Assembly: GCA_977017575.1 (NCBI GenBank)
Contig: CDRNVI010000066.1
Coordinates: 124,001-188,000 of the forward strand
Source: Paramoeba atlantica
Taxonomy: Eukaryota; Protista; Discosea
DNA: 64,000 nucleotides
Direction: 5' to 3'
The translations under genes and the position numbers were made by a program. Positions 48,144 through 58,701 of the stretch are shown here, piece by piece. How positions within the stretch are numbered: position 1 is the first letter of the stretch; every line of letters starts with the position of its first letter. The notes under the pieces were generated by a model. It was not told the DNA's origin, searched no databases, and saw only the letters and a program-made list of their open reading frames with translations.

Positions 48144-49190
48144 TTAGCGCAAACCAAGGCCAGCCAATTCTGTTTCAAGTGAATTCATACTGTTCTTTGT
48201 CTTGTGTTCAGATTGGTCAGCTTTCCCTTTTTTTCCTTTTGTTACATGGCCACTCTTTCGTGAATTCGCCAAACCAGTATCATCCGCGCCGTTTTTAGTG
48301 CAATGGTTCGTACTATGCTCATTCAAGACCTCAAGTAGACACATAAGGTCAATCGGACAGGATTTGGTCGGAAAATGGATTGAAGCGCGCTTTAAAGCAT
48401 CTTGCTTACTAGTGACACCGGCTTGTACTAGGCGGCTAAACAAATCTTCCTGGATATAGGGATCAAAAACCAATAAACAGGCAAGGCCGCTTTGTGCTCC
48501 GACGTATACGGCTGAGTAAAATAAATACTTGGATTCCTTGCAAATATTTTCTACCGTCGGCTTGTGACAGAAGTCAAATACTAAACTTTTAAGGGAGCGC
48601 ACAATGTCCCCCAAAATCCGCGAATCGTATAACGCCCGTATCGCTCGGAGAATATTGTACTCATCACGGCATAATTTGACCTCATGAGGATCGCACAGTT
48701 TATATTTTAATGATTTTAGTTCATGCTCTATTTCACCCGCTGATAAGTGGGAAGTTCTCTTTTCATTTTCAAGTTTAGGACGAGTAATTCTCAAACAAAT
48801 CGCTTCAGAGAGTCTAGCTAGTTGTGCATGATCGGTCTTTGTTCTTTCCTGACGCTCCTCATTCTTTCCATGCATGATTTCTCCTTTGAATAATATTTCT
48901 TGGGCTACTGCTTTCAACTCGGTAGTCCCAAAGGCTTCTTGTAGAGTGGAAAGCTTCGCGGGCTCTTGTTTCGCCGCATTAGAAAAAATCAGAGGCCGAT
49001 AAAGAAGAGAATCAATATCGCATCCCTCGGGTAGTGATTCTAACTTTTGTTTTCGATCACGTTTTTCTATTTCACTGACGGTTCTATTTTTATGCAATAA
49101 GATCTCAAATCGGTGTCCGAACTTTTTGTACCGAGCTGTTACAACCCCTTCCATGGCAGCATGCTTTTCTTTCCGTATCGCACCCTTCAT
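48144..49190 (-). CDS. Divergent SBDS/SDO1-family ribosome maturation protein
   Basis: VTARYKKFGHRFEIL...DIDSLL...IFSNAAK...LQEAFGTTELKAVAQEILFKGEI matches the SBDS FYSH domain. Confidence 0.75.
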   Translation of the reverse strand: MKGAIRKEKHAAMEGVVTARYKKFGHRFEILLHKNRTVSEIEKRDRKQKLESLPEGCDIDSLLYRPLIFSNAAKQEPAKLSTLQEAFGTTELKAVAQEILFKGEIMHGKNEERQERTKTDHAQLARLSEAICLRITRPKLENEKRTSHLSAGEIEHELKSLKYKLCDPHEVKLCRDEYNILRAIRALYDSRILGDIVRSLKSLVFDFCHKPTVENICKESKYLFYSAVYVGAQSGLACLLVFDPYIQEDLFSRLVQAGVTSKQDALKRASIHFPTKSCPIDLMCLLEVLNEHSTNHCTKNGADDTGLANSRKSGHVTKGKKGKADQSEHKTKNSMNSLETELAGLGLR

Positions 49191-49447
49191 TTCTATTTGG
49201 GATATGTAGGTATTTTACTATGAGGTCAAACGATTTCTTTGGTGAAAAATTGGGGTAATTCATGAATTCATAGGTTTACCGAACGTCGCAAAAGCTTTGC
49301 ATCAACGACGTAAATAACTATTTCAGAATTTCTGATTTTTTTGTATAAATGTCGGTGCAGTGATCAACCTTTTCATGTAAAAAATAAACAATTGTAATAG
49401 TAAAACTTCAAAGCAAGATGATCCGAAATGCGTTGCTTACTCCTTGC

Positions 49448-50866
49448 TTACTTTCGGTGTGCGGCTCGCAAATTCCTGCGCTCGTTAATGTTGAATCTTG
49501 AGTAGCTAGAATTTTCGCGCAGTCGATGGCCAGCCTTCTTTTTGTAGTCTGCGCCAAGATAAGATCCACGGTCAGGATCTTGCTCGCGCATCAATTCACG
49601 TAAGTGCTGCTTGTTCCGAAGGCTCTTTGGTTTACCAAAATCCCGTAACTGGTCCTCTCTTAATGCTAATGTCTTGTTTGTCCCATGCGCACCCCACCGA
49701 GGCTTTGGAATACTGTATCGGATTCCACGTGTATTAATACGGCGGCTCCAATTGATCCACATTTTGTGTTCCCCAGTAACTTTGTCAATGGAGTAGCTCA
49801 CTTTCTTTAATGTGTTTCCTGATCCGCAACTGGGACAAAACTGACGATCACTGTCGTGCACTATTGTATAACATGCGTGACATCTCAATACCCATGTACG
49901 AATTCTTTTAATAATACGACCATCAGTCCCAATAACCGGAACGCCTAAGTGCATCAGTGCATTCTGCATGGAGAAATCAATTGTTAAACACGAAACGGTG
50001 GGCACATCCGCTGTGTGGATATCTTCTGCCGTAGGTACATAAATTCGAGAATTGTCTTCGCAACTCAACTGCTTGATCCCTGAACTGTCTTGAGCAATGC
50101 GCTCCTGTAAGTTCTCGCTTGTTATCCAATCGTCATCCTCTTTCTCGTTTTCTTCGTACTCTGCCCATTCCTCAGATGCCGAGTTTGTCTGACTTTCTAT
50201 TTCGGTCTCAGAATTCTCGTCGCTGCAACATTCTTTTGACCTATTTTGCCCAACTTCACTCTTTTCCAACTCACTTTCTGTGCCATCTGCGGAATGTGAA
50301 TCTTTTTCCTGCAACACGCCGGCCTCTTTGGCGAGTTGATAGGTCAGAGCCATAACTTTCAAATCTGTGCGACTGAGAGAAGAGAAATCGCCACTCTGTT
50401 TGGTGTGTGCAATGACCGTACTCACGGCGTTAGGGCCGGGGGAATGAACTTTGATCTCACAAAGAGCGTTTTGCAGTGCCTGTCGATGACGAGCATCACG
50501 TATCTCTCGTAGCACTTCCGGGACGGTGTAGATTTCATCCGCTAATTCACTCCAGTTGGGTACACGAAGGAAGGCACCGGTGTCTAAGACAATACGCGAA
50601 GCCACAGGGCCAGTATCAGCATCTATGGGAAGTATTCGCGTGTCATTACCACTTTGAAGGGCATCTACAGTAAAATTCGAATCGGATATTCTTGTTATCA
50701 GATTTTCAACGCCAGACTGCAGAGAGGAGTTCGCTGTTGATAAAACCACAGTGGGGGGTCGAAGGCTTTGAACAATGCTTTGAGATTTCTCGTCGGAATC
50801 AACTCCAGTTCCTTGCGAGGTCGGATTTTCCTTTTTCGATTCTCGCAATAGAGAGGCCCATGACAT
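49448..50866 (-). CDS. NOB1: 20S/18S-E pre-rRNA endonuclease NOB1
   Basis: PIN domain VLDTGAFL...GDFSSLSRTDLKVMALTY; CLTIDFSMQNALM; Zn ribbon CHAC...FCPSCG; RGIRYSIPKP. Confidence 0.95.
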   Translation of the reverse strand: MSWASLLRESKKENPTSQGTGVDSDEKSQSIVQSLRPPTVVLSTANSSLQSGVENLITRISDSNFTVDALQSGNDTRILPIDADTGPVASRIVLDTGAFLRVPNWSELADEIYTVPEVLREIRDARHRQALQNALCEIKVHSPGPNAVSTVIAHTKQSGDFSSLSRTDLKVMALTYQLAKEAGVLQEKDSHSADGTESELEKSEVGQNRSKECCSDENSETEIESQTNSASEEWAEYEENEKEDDDWITSENLQERIAQDSSGIKQLSCEDNSRIYVPTAEDIHTADVPTVSCLTIDFSMQNALMHLGVPVIGTDGRIIKRIRTWVLRCHACYTIVHDSDRQFCPSCGSGNTLKKVSYSIDKVTGEHKMWINWSRRINTRGIRYSIPKPRWGAHGTNKTLALREDQLRDFGKPKSLRNKQHLRELMREQDPDRGSYLGADYKKKAGHRLRENSSYSRFNINERRNLRAAHRK

Positions 50867-51457
50867 TAATGAAAAGGTGCAGTGTCTGCAAAAATGTCTA
50901 GGTTTGTGATCAATTAAAAGTATTGTTCTGCGAGTAAAACAAAATATAACCGTTAGCCGTGCTTAAAGATTAAGGAGATCAACTATCTTTGTAAAAGTTT
51001 CGCGTACGCGCACAAAATATATAGTGACTTATTCTTTTGTGATTTTATAGCATCACACTATTTTAGTAATGTTTAGTATCAAATTCAATGCATTGAGGCC
51101 ACGCGGCGTGTTATAAATTCATAATATGAATTTATACGCTATATAATATACACTATAATAAAGTACTACATAATAAATTATATAGTGTACAATTTTTCTT
51201 CAGATCAAAAATTTGAAAAAAGGAGGAAACAAATCCAAAATATGTACAGTCCATTATCTAATACGGAGCAATCGAAATGCAGTATTTGATCTGTGCTCTA
51301 GCGCTTGAAGCATTTGATTGTGAAGAAAGCAAAAAAGGTAGCAAAATTTTCGCCGCATACAACAGGTTTTGTTCTCTCTTCTCTATCAGAGAGCCAGTAC
51401 AATTGAAAGTCCGGTAAAATTTAAGGTCAGCCGCATTTATTTACTTTCATACCAGTA

Positions 51458-51577
51458 TTAACCGCTTTGGCACCCGCATTTGCACTCCGGACAATTACAA
51501 AGGCATTTTTTCCCGTCGGAGCTACAAGTGTCACAACCACATGAACACGATTTATTCGTACTGTTAGTCTCGGCCAT
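51458..51577 (-). CDS. Metallothionein-like small Cys-rich protein (39 aa)
   Basis: ATG at 51577: MAETNSTNKSCSCGCDTCSSDGKKCLCNCPECKCGCQSG; 10 Cys in CxC/CxxC clusters, no aromatic residues. Confidence 0.72.
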   Translation of the reverse strand: MAETNSTNKSCSCGCDTCSSDGKKCLCNCPECKCGCQSG

Positions 51578-52011
51578 CAAGTCAGTAATATAAACAAGTG
51601 AAAAATAATTTCTTTTGACAGAAAAGTCTTTTGCCGTTTTAGATGGCAAGTCAAGTGATAATCAACCATGAACGAAGTATTCGTTTTTAGTTAAGTAAAG
51701 TGTAACACTACTAGATACGCCCTAAACGTAAAGTACATTTTTAAATGCGTTTTAATGACCGTTGCATACCCCCCGATTCAAGAACTATTCTATTATTTCA
51801 ATCAATAATCCTAATTAGCTTTCTAACGTTATTAGACTAGATTAACTCTATTCTTTCTTATTGTAAAGGAACTCTTGAAATTGTCCCGTGAGACTCTTGA
51901 AACCATTCGCGTGAAGTATTCGATTTTACCAATCTGGAGTCGAACAGCTATATGTATATCACAACGATGTTTTTCTACATATTTCTATAGCTCCTACGTA
52001 TTTACAAGCTC

Positions 52012-53589
52012 CTACTTCATCATTGCATCAAAAAATGAAGCTAATGCTACTAAAGTTGTAGAGCACATACAATACACTGCATCCCACTGATTCGTGGATG
52101 CCAAACTAAGAGACGAACTGCTCAGAAAAGAGTAAACTCCACAGCAATATGTAAAAAAAGTAACCAGTGGGTTTTTTGCGTCCAAGGACACATCGTCTTC
52201 CGGATCCTCGTCAGCGTACACAACCGAGTAGTCTGAGGAGACATCCTTACTGCTCTCTATGTCAGATACTTCCCGATCCAGCATGCACTCACATTCCACG
52301 TCGTCCGGACGTCGAAATCTTTGAGGGATAGGGCACGTCTTAAAAGGATTGTCCTCATGATAGACTATTTCCGAAACTCTTTCTTGAATTGCTTCTGCCA
52401 TTTCTTGTGCATTGTGGTGAAAAACATCAGCAATTTCCTCAGGGGCAAACCCGAAGGCCGGCATGCAGTTTTCCTGGCACTCCGCAGCGAGGCTCAGCGA
52501 CATGCCGTGATGTTGCTCAAGATGTTGCAGCCGAAGCTTTGCTGTCTGTTTCCACTCCATATGAGAGAACTTCAATGTTGGGGCATCCCCGAAGGAGGAC
52601 AAATGTGCCTCGGACAGCTTGGCCTTCGACTTACTAAAGTCCTCAAAACACGGACAGTGTAATTGTGAAAAGAAAGTGGTAATCACCTCCTCCCGTAGCG
52701 AATCAGAGGCATGACTTTCCCAAGGTGTGGGACGGCACCACCCATGGGGGTAACTCATCTCCATACTCCTTTTTTCTCCGGAATCTTCCAATCCTCTCCC
52801 CTCATCCTCATTGTCATAGTAAATCCGACCCGTAGCGGAGAGGTCGCCCATTTCCGCCGGCGAGATCGGAGGCAGCACAGAAATCGGGGCCGGAATGCGT
52901 ATCTGCTCCGCTACACTTTCCGTGGAGTACTCCCCAGAGGCCACGCTCTGCATGCTTTTTCGTGCGCTCCTCCTTGGGGTGTTCATCCCGTCAAACCTAC
53001 GTGCCCGTCGGCGGCTCGCGCATCGCACCACACGATTCCCCTTCAGCGCCTCCCGACACACCTGTAAATGCGTCGCGGCCAGTGGGACGTTCACGAACAG
53101 ATCAGCTTGATGCAACACCCCTCCAGAAGGGCCCATGATCAAATTATAGTCCTCCTTTACTACGCATTGAAACACCTCCCGCAGTGTCGTGTAGCGTCCT
53201 GTATTTTGACGCCCTCCGGGGTTTCGCTCTTGTTCTTTACTCATCGAGTCCCACCAGGAGGAGGCATGGGTACGAAACCCGCCCGTGGTACCACACCGTG
53301 TCGGGTGTTCCCCATACGCACACATGTAGGCTGTGCCACGACCGAACAGATTAGTGTGGGTGCTGGGGTAGAGATAGACGACCCGGAAGTCATCACTCTC
53401 CGGGGACTCGTTTCCTGTTTCCCCTGTGGGAGCACACTGGAGGAGGGAGGAGAAACGGTCCGTGAGCGTGGGGAATTCAGGTTTCTTCTCAAAGGTGCGT
53501 AGCGCACAGCGGTGGTCGACCTGGGCATACGGGACAGCACGCTGAGGGGTGGAGGCCGCGGAGAGGAGGAGGAGAGCGGGAAAGAACAT
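52012..53589 (-). CDS. Hypothetical protein, signal-peptide-like N-terminus and Cys-containing hydrophobic C-terminal module
   Basis: Likely ATG at 53589 (MFFPALLLLSAAST); long ORF on the gene strand; C-terminal module has paralogous copies at 53750-54500. Confidence 0.7.
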   Translation of the reverse strand: MFFPALLLLSAASTPQRAVPYAQVDHRCALRTFEKKPEFPTLTDRFSSLLQCAPTGETGNESPESDDFRVVYLYPSTHTNLFGRGTAYMCAYGEHPTRCGTTGGFRTHASSWWDSMSKEQERNPGGRQNTGRYTTLREVFQCVVKEDYNLIMGPSGGVLHQADLFVNVPLAATHLQVCREALKGNRVVRCASRRRARRFDGMNTPRRSARKSMQSVASGEYSTESVAEQIRIPAPISVLPPISPAEMGDLSATGRIYYDNEDEGRGLEDSGEKRSMEMSYPHGWCRPTPWESHASDSLREEVITTFFSQLHCPCFEDFSKSKAKLSEAHLSSFGDAPTLKFSHMEWKQTAKLRLQHLEQHHGMSLSLAAECQENCMPAFGFAPEEIADVFHHNAQEMAEAIQERVSEIVYHEDNPFKTCPIPQRFRRPDDVECECMLDREVSDIESSKDVSSDYSVVYADEDPEDDVSLDAKNPLVTFFTYCCGVYSFLSSSSLSLASTNQWDAVYCMCSTTLVALASFFDAMMK

Positions 53590-53749
53590 GGATGCGTGTG
53601 AAAGGTAATAAAGGATTGTAAAATAATAAGCAGAACGGTTCACTTTTTTGTTTGATATTCATATAAATATTCGTATAAATTTTAATGTGAGAAAGAGAGA
53701 GTATTGGAGAGTAAATGAGGACATGTCGGGTGTGTGCCTTCAAAAGAGA

Positions 53750-54500
53750 CTACTTCTGTGTTGACGCAGATGCTTCGAGCATCAGCATCAACACAACGCA
53801 CCTACAATCTGAAACTAGGGAGCCATATCTTGTCGGGGGCAAACGGCTCTGTGTTGGGAAAACTCTGTACTTTTCTTTTTAGTTCACCAGATATTTTAAA
53901 AACCATCATCGGTCAGATGTGCTATACATGAACACACAAAAAGATAACACACACAACATCCCACAACATACGGATGTGTTGAAGCTGCGCTAAGAGCCAA
54001 AATGCTCATCAGAGGAGCAAATTCAACGCAATATGCCAAGAAATTCAGCATGGCCGTGTACACATCAATTTCCGAGTCCCCGCAAGTCAGAACTCCGTCT
54101 CGAATATTATCCGCCATTTTCTCAGCTTCATGTTGAATACCATTCTCAGTTTCCTGCGAAACACATCCGCATGGTGACACACCGTCCTCATGCGATTCCT
54201 CTAAGAGGCTGACGGACACCATTGCGTCGACAAAGGTTGCAATGGCAACAAACACAGTAGAAGATATCCAGTATACACAGATATCCAGTGTACTGTGTTC
54301 CACTGATTCATGAAAGCCAAGCCAAGGGTTGAACCGCTAAAAAGAGAATAAATTCCGCAGCAATAGGTCAAAAAAGGTAGTGATGAATTCTCTGCGTACA
54401 CATCGGCTTCCAGGTCCTCGTCAGCATACAGGACCGAGTAGTCTGCGGAGACGTCAGTGGTATTCTCCAGCTCACGGCCGACTTCGGCGTCCGGTGTGGC
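53750..54500 (-). pseudogene. Frameshifted paralogous fragments of the 52012-53589 C-terminal module
   Basis: DVSADYSVLYADEDLEAD...FLTYCCGIYSL...NQWNTV aligns with DVSSDYSVVYADEDPEDD...FFTYCCGVYSF...NQWDAV; frame broken by a 17-nt duplication at 54262-54289. Confidence 0.75.
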
Positions 54501-55242
54501 GCGCCGTACGGTGGAATCGACCGAGCCGACGAGGTAAATGGGTAAGCAGCGAATAAAAAACAGAAAAAGGTGAAGCAGGAAGAACATACGAAAAAAACGT
54601 ATTTCGCAGTAAGAAGGAAAATGGTGAATGTTGAGCTTCGGAGAGGAATCGAGTCATTAGGAATCTTTCCGCATCTTATCCATAGTGTTAGTCAAAAGTT
54701 TCTTGAGCTTCGTGGACCAAAAGACGAGGGCACATTTGAAATATCCAGTCGTCTTCGCTGACTGTGCCACTAAACGTGGAGGTAGTTTTCAACGTGAAGC
54801 ACGCAGAAATGCGGTACTCAAAATTTCTAAAAGTCATCCATGTGACGAACACACACTACATGTGCCATGTGATGAATAATACGAAAGACTCGTTGAAATT
54901 CAGCTTTACAATTCAATGAATTGCAAATGCATGGGCTGGTGCTGCTGTTGAGTAGTAAACTCTAACATTGAATTGTCTCTACCCAGGTAGTCGAGCTTTC
55001 AGTGGTATTCCGATCGCCTCCAAACCTGCATTCTACCGATGTAGGCAACATCAGAACCGTACGACAAACAGGTTAGTAAATTGTAAATACAAATTCGAAG
55101 GCATTGCTGTAGAGGCATGTGTAGGAATGTTTTGCGCACTGTCATAGATACATCATGAGAACTGTGAGTAACTGATACACACTTTTCAGTTCCCCAAGTT
55201 TCCTATCGGAAACGAACTCTGTAGACACTCAACTAAGTATTA

Positions 55243-56151
55243 TTACCTGGATTGAAAAGCTCCAAGAATAATGTACACAGTCCAGAACAAAATCTTTCCT
55301 AATGCTTTCAAAGGCCATAAAATTCCGGAACACGCTGTTAAAATAGCGCATGTCCAGGACACCCAACACATAAAACAGCAGCATCCCAAGCTGCAAGGAC
55401 CACATGAACAGGAAGTATCAATCTCGTCATCCAAGTGTGTGGGCTTATGGTTCCTTTCCTCCGCATAGTAGGATGACCCAGACACGGGTAAATAGCGCAG
55501 TGGATAGAACTCTGTAGTCGGTGGATGCTCCCGGTAAGAGTTCTCCGTTTTTGAAGCCTCGTACCAAGAGCTTGAACCTTGAAAGTAACTTCGTTCGGTG
55601 TCGAACGCAAAAGAGGTTCCAGGTGGGTTGTGCATAAGATTCCTAGGTCTTGATTCTGAGCTGCGGAAACTGTGAGGCCGTGAAGCGCTAGATTGCGAAC
55701 CTATTCTCGTTGTGTGATGACGAGGATTTTCTCGTATCAGAGGTTTGTCCTCGGTAGGGGCTCTTACACAAGAAGGATCCCATGAAGAGGCAGATTCTGC
55801 GTCGTCTCGATCCGCAACGTGGGGTATGGGAGAAAGGTTATCAAGGCGAGTACAATTCGGGTCTGCCGATAATCGTGATTTCTGGGTCCAAGTCTTTCCT
55901 GTTCTTTTTCCAATTGGAAACTTTATACCTCGTTTGCTCTTATGTGTGCCTCGTGAAAAGCGTTCATCGACAATTTTGTCGTAACTCGAAGGAACGGCTA
56001 TCTCAGGCTCGCTTTTCTTACTTCGCCTTCTATGGGTACTCCCAACACCATCTTGAAATCGGGGCCTCATTTCACAAAAGATAGCCAATGCAAACCATGT
56101 AAGGTAGAGGACACGTCCTGTCTGAGAGCTTGAGCCCATTCTACCGACCAA
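55243..56151 (-). CDS. Hypothetical protein with disordered basic body and Cys-rich C-terminal membrane anchor
   Basis: ATG-initiated ORF; C-terminus SCSCGPCSLGCCCFMCWVSWTCAILTAC...LFWTVYIILG. Confidence 0.65.
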   Translation of the reverse strand: MVGRMGSSSQTGRVLYLTWFALAIFCEMRPRFQDGVGSTHRRRSKKSEPEIAVPSSYDKIVDERFSRGTHKSKRGIKFPIGKRTGKTWTQKSRLSADPNCTRLDNLSPIPHVADRDDAESASSWDPSCVRAPTEDKPLIRENPRHHTTRIGSQSSASRPHSFRSSESRPRNLMHNPPGTSFAFDTERSYFQGSSSWYEASKTENSYREHPPTTEFYPLRYLPVSGSSYYAEERNHKPTHLDDEIDTSCSCGPCSLGCCCFMCWVSWTCAILTACSGILWPLKALGKILFWTVYIILGAFQSR

Positions 56152-56427
56152 ATGACACCGCTCTTATCCGTTCACTGAATAAAACATGGACTACTTAATG
56201 ACACAAATAAACAGCACTGCATGTAATTTGAGTAGACTGCTTTAACATAGGTCAAATATGGCGTTGATGGCAAAATACAATTTCATTTTTTCTTCAAAAC
56301 AAATTAATTGTAGTGCAATAATAGTAATGCGACTGAGAAGAACATTATCTTTTGTACTTAGCTCGGTATTACACTGCAAGCGTACTGCAGCTTGGTATCC
56401 TTCACGTTGTCAAGACTTCGACGGTAT

Positions 56428-58632
56428 TCAAGGTGCGCGTGACTCTATGTGGTAAAGAAGTTCATTGGCTCCCCGAAGAAAATGCAGACTCGATTTCGGA
56501 GTATTGGAACAAGTCGATTGTGAACGAATCCTTTTTCCAATAAGATTTTTCTCAGAGTTACTTGTATTGATACTTTGCAGGACATTGCTTACACCATTTT
56601 GAGAGATACCCGACACTCTCACCTGAGAGTTTGGGTCTTTGTTGGTAAGCTGAGATGCAAGATACGTCGTAATGATATCTCCGTGTGAGCGATTGTCACA
56701 CAATAAAGTCAGAAACGATACAAACTTGGATGGAGATATGAAACGCTGCTCCATTAAGGTGTGCAAAAGAGAGATCACTTCCTCCTCCACTGTAGGGGCA
56801 TGAAGACGACTGCAACCTCCTTCTCTTGAGCGCACGTCCTCCTGCGATGCTCCATTAAGGTTTACAGCATCTGCACTCTTTTGTGTATTCGATTCAGTAG
56901 CTGAATTTTCACCTTTGACTTCCAGCGAAGGAAGATTCCCCAATCTAGGTGTCGGGACGCTCTCCGATTTTCGCTCGTACAACTGAATAAAATTAAATGA
57001 GATAATACTACTCGGGATGGCTAACAGCACTACCCCGACGATCATGGCAATCAAAGAAAGCAGCTTTCCGGGGGAAGAAATAGGTAATTCATCCCCGTAC
57101 CCGACCGTGAGCAATGTGGCCAAGGACCACCAAAGGGAGTGAAATGCACTCTGAAATGGGGATAGGACATAACAATCTAACCCAGGGCTAGAACCATTGG
57201 GCCTCAACCAAGCTTGACGTTCCGAGTCAAACACGGAGTATTGACATTCAGTATGAAAAAGTAGCAAGCTAAAGAACAAGGCAAGACTGAAGAGCTGCAG
57301 GAGAGCAAGAAAAAGAAGGGAACGGCTGTGTGATATGGCAAGAAAGATAATGTGTAGGCCTGGAATGTGACGCATGGCGCGAATCACACGTAGGACACGA
57401 AGCGCGCGAAAAAGGGGAAATCGAAATAAAAGACTCCAGTGGGACAGGAGATAACCTATAAGAGATGGGAGTATAGCAAACAAGTCAATGATATTCCACA
57501 TAGAGTGAGTAAAGAAACGGAGGCGGTGTGGAGTGGCCCAGACTCGTACGGATAGTTCGACCAAAAAATATGCAACCAAGAAACATTCAAGCTGGTGCCA
57601 TGGAGGTTGACCCTGCGACGCAGCCATGTAGTATTGCGGGGTACTCTCAAGTAGAAGGACGACCGTCGACATGATTATCATAAAAATCGAACCCAGAAAC
57701 AGCGTTCTATTCCAAAATGATTGCGGCGAGACAGCATCATCGTCGAATATCCGTCTCACTTCATGTTTGATTCGAGTAAGCAAAGCTTTTGATGGGAGGA
57801 ACCTTGAAGTCTTAGACTGCTTGGTAGGTTGAACAGAAATATCGTGCTGAGGTGTATCGCTCGTTCTCATAGGCTCGACCCCTTTTCTTATCAAGAATTC
57901 TGCTCCTAAAGACGGACTTGTCGTGTGTACTTCGTCTGGGACAGTGTCCAGTGCTGCCTCTTCCGTAGATTTTTCTTCAAAGGATTCTTCAGATGGCTTT
58001 TCCGTCCCTAACAACACGTCATGTTGATCATATTCGTCTCCTCTTTTGTCACGATCCTTTCTTCGAGTTTCAAAAGATTTTTCGGACAGCGCATCTGGTC
58101 TTGAAGGTTGCTTCGAAGATTTCGAGGGCAACAAAGTACTTTTCACCCGTCGCTGCGGACTACTCGCTAAGTCTGTCAAAGAAGAGTCTCCAAGATAGGC
58201 AGCGTGCACAGAACGTGATGGGACTGTTGAAATAGCTCTTGCTCCCTGGATCCTTGATACAGTCCCGGAAGAGCTTTGTGCCCCATAAGAGTGTCGGGCA
58301 AGGAGAATATTCTTCACTCGTTCAATCTCTTCTGGCTGATCGGGGCGCAACTTGGGTTTTCTAATGAGTCGTGATACTTTACGCCTGGGTTCCTCGACAG
58401 AGCGATGCAAGTTCTCCATTGTTACAGTCATTGGCACAACACGTTTTTCATCTTCCTCCTGGGAACGACGCACAGCGTCTTGTGCACTACTTCCTATACC
58501 ACCCGCTACAAAAGACATCGCTTCATGAAGTACAAGTACACCGTATAAAAATACCTCACGATCTAATAGATAAAACACTAGAACGGGGGAACCAAAAGGT
58601 CTGAATGGATTGACATAATAATAATATAGCAA
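56428..58632 (-). CDS. Six-TM voltage-gated (Kv-type) potassium channel
   Basis: S4 FRALRVLRVIRAMRH; pore helix and filter FHSLWWSLATLLTVGYGD; S6 GVVLLAIP. Likely ATG at 58518 (MSFVAGG). Confidence 0.92.
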   Translation of the reverse strand: MLYYYYVNPFRPFGSPVLVFYLLDREVFLYGVLVLHEAMSFVAGGIGSSAQDAVRRSQEEDEKRVVPMTVTMENLHRSVEEPRRKVSRLIRKPKLRPDQPEEIERVKNILLARHSYGAQSSSGTVSRIQGARAISTVPSRSVHAAYLGDSSLTDLASSPQRRVKSTLLPSKSSKQPSRPDALSEKSFETRRKDRDKRGDEYDQHDVLLGTEKPSEESFEEKSTEEAALDTVPDEVHTTSPSLGAEFLIRKGVEPMRTSDTPQHDISVQPTKQSKTSRFLPSKALLTRIKHEVRRIFDDDAVSPQSFWNRTLFLGSIFMIIMSTVVLLLESTPQYYMAASQGQPPWHQLECFLVAYFLVELSVRVWATPHRLRFFTHSMWNIIDLFAILPSLIGYLLSHWSLLFRFPLFRALRVLRVIRAMRHIPGLHIIFLAISHSRSLLFLALLQLFSLALFFSLLLFHTECQYSVFDSERQAWLRPNGSSPGLDCYVLSPFQSAFHSLWWSLATLLTVGYGDELPISSPGKLLSLIAMIVGVVLLAIPSSIISFNFIQLYERKSESVPTPRLGNLPSLEVKGENSATESNTQKSADAVNLNGASQEDVRSREGGCSRLHAPTVEEEVISLLHTLMEQRFISPSKFVSFLTLLCDNRSHGDIITTYLASQLTNKDPNSQVRVSGISQNGVSNVLQSINTSNSEKNLIGKRIRSQSTCSNTPKSSLHFLRGANELLYHIESRAP

Positions 58633-58701
58633 GAATATTGCTTTGCGATACGTGAAGCCAAATATCGTGATTGTTTAATGAGACAGGTAAGATTGAGAAA
58701 A

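Noticed and set aside
54262-54289. The 17-nt frameshifting insert as a micro-intron
   Set aside because: No GT...AG boundaries in any register; a direct 11-bp repeat explains it as a duplication.
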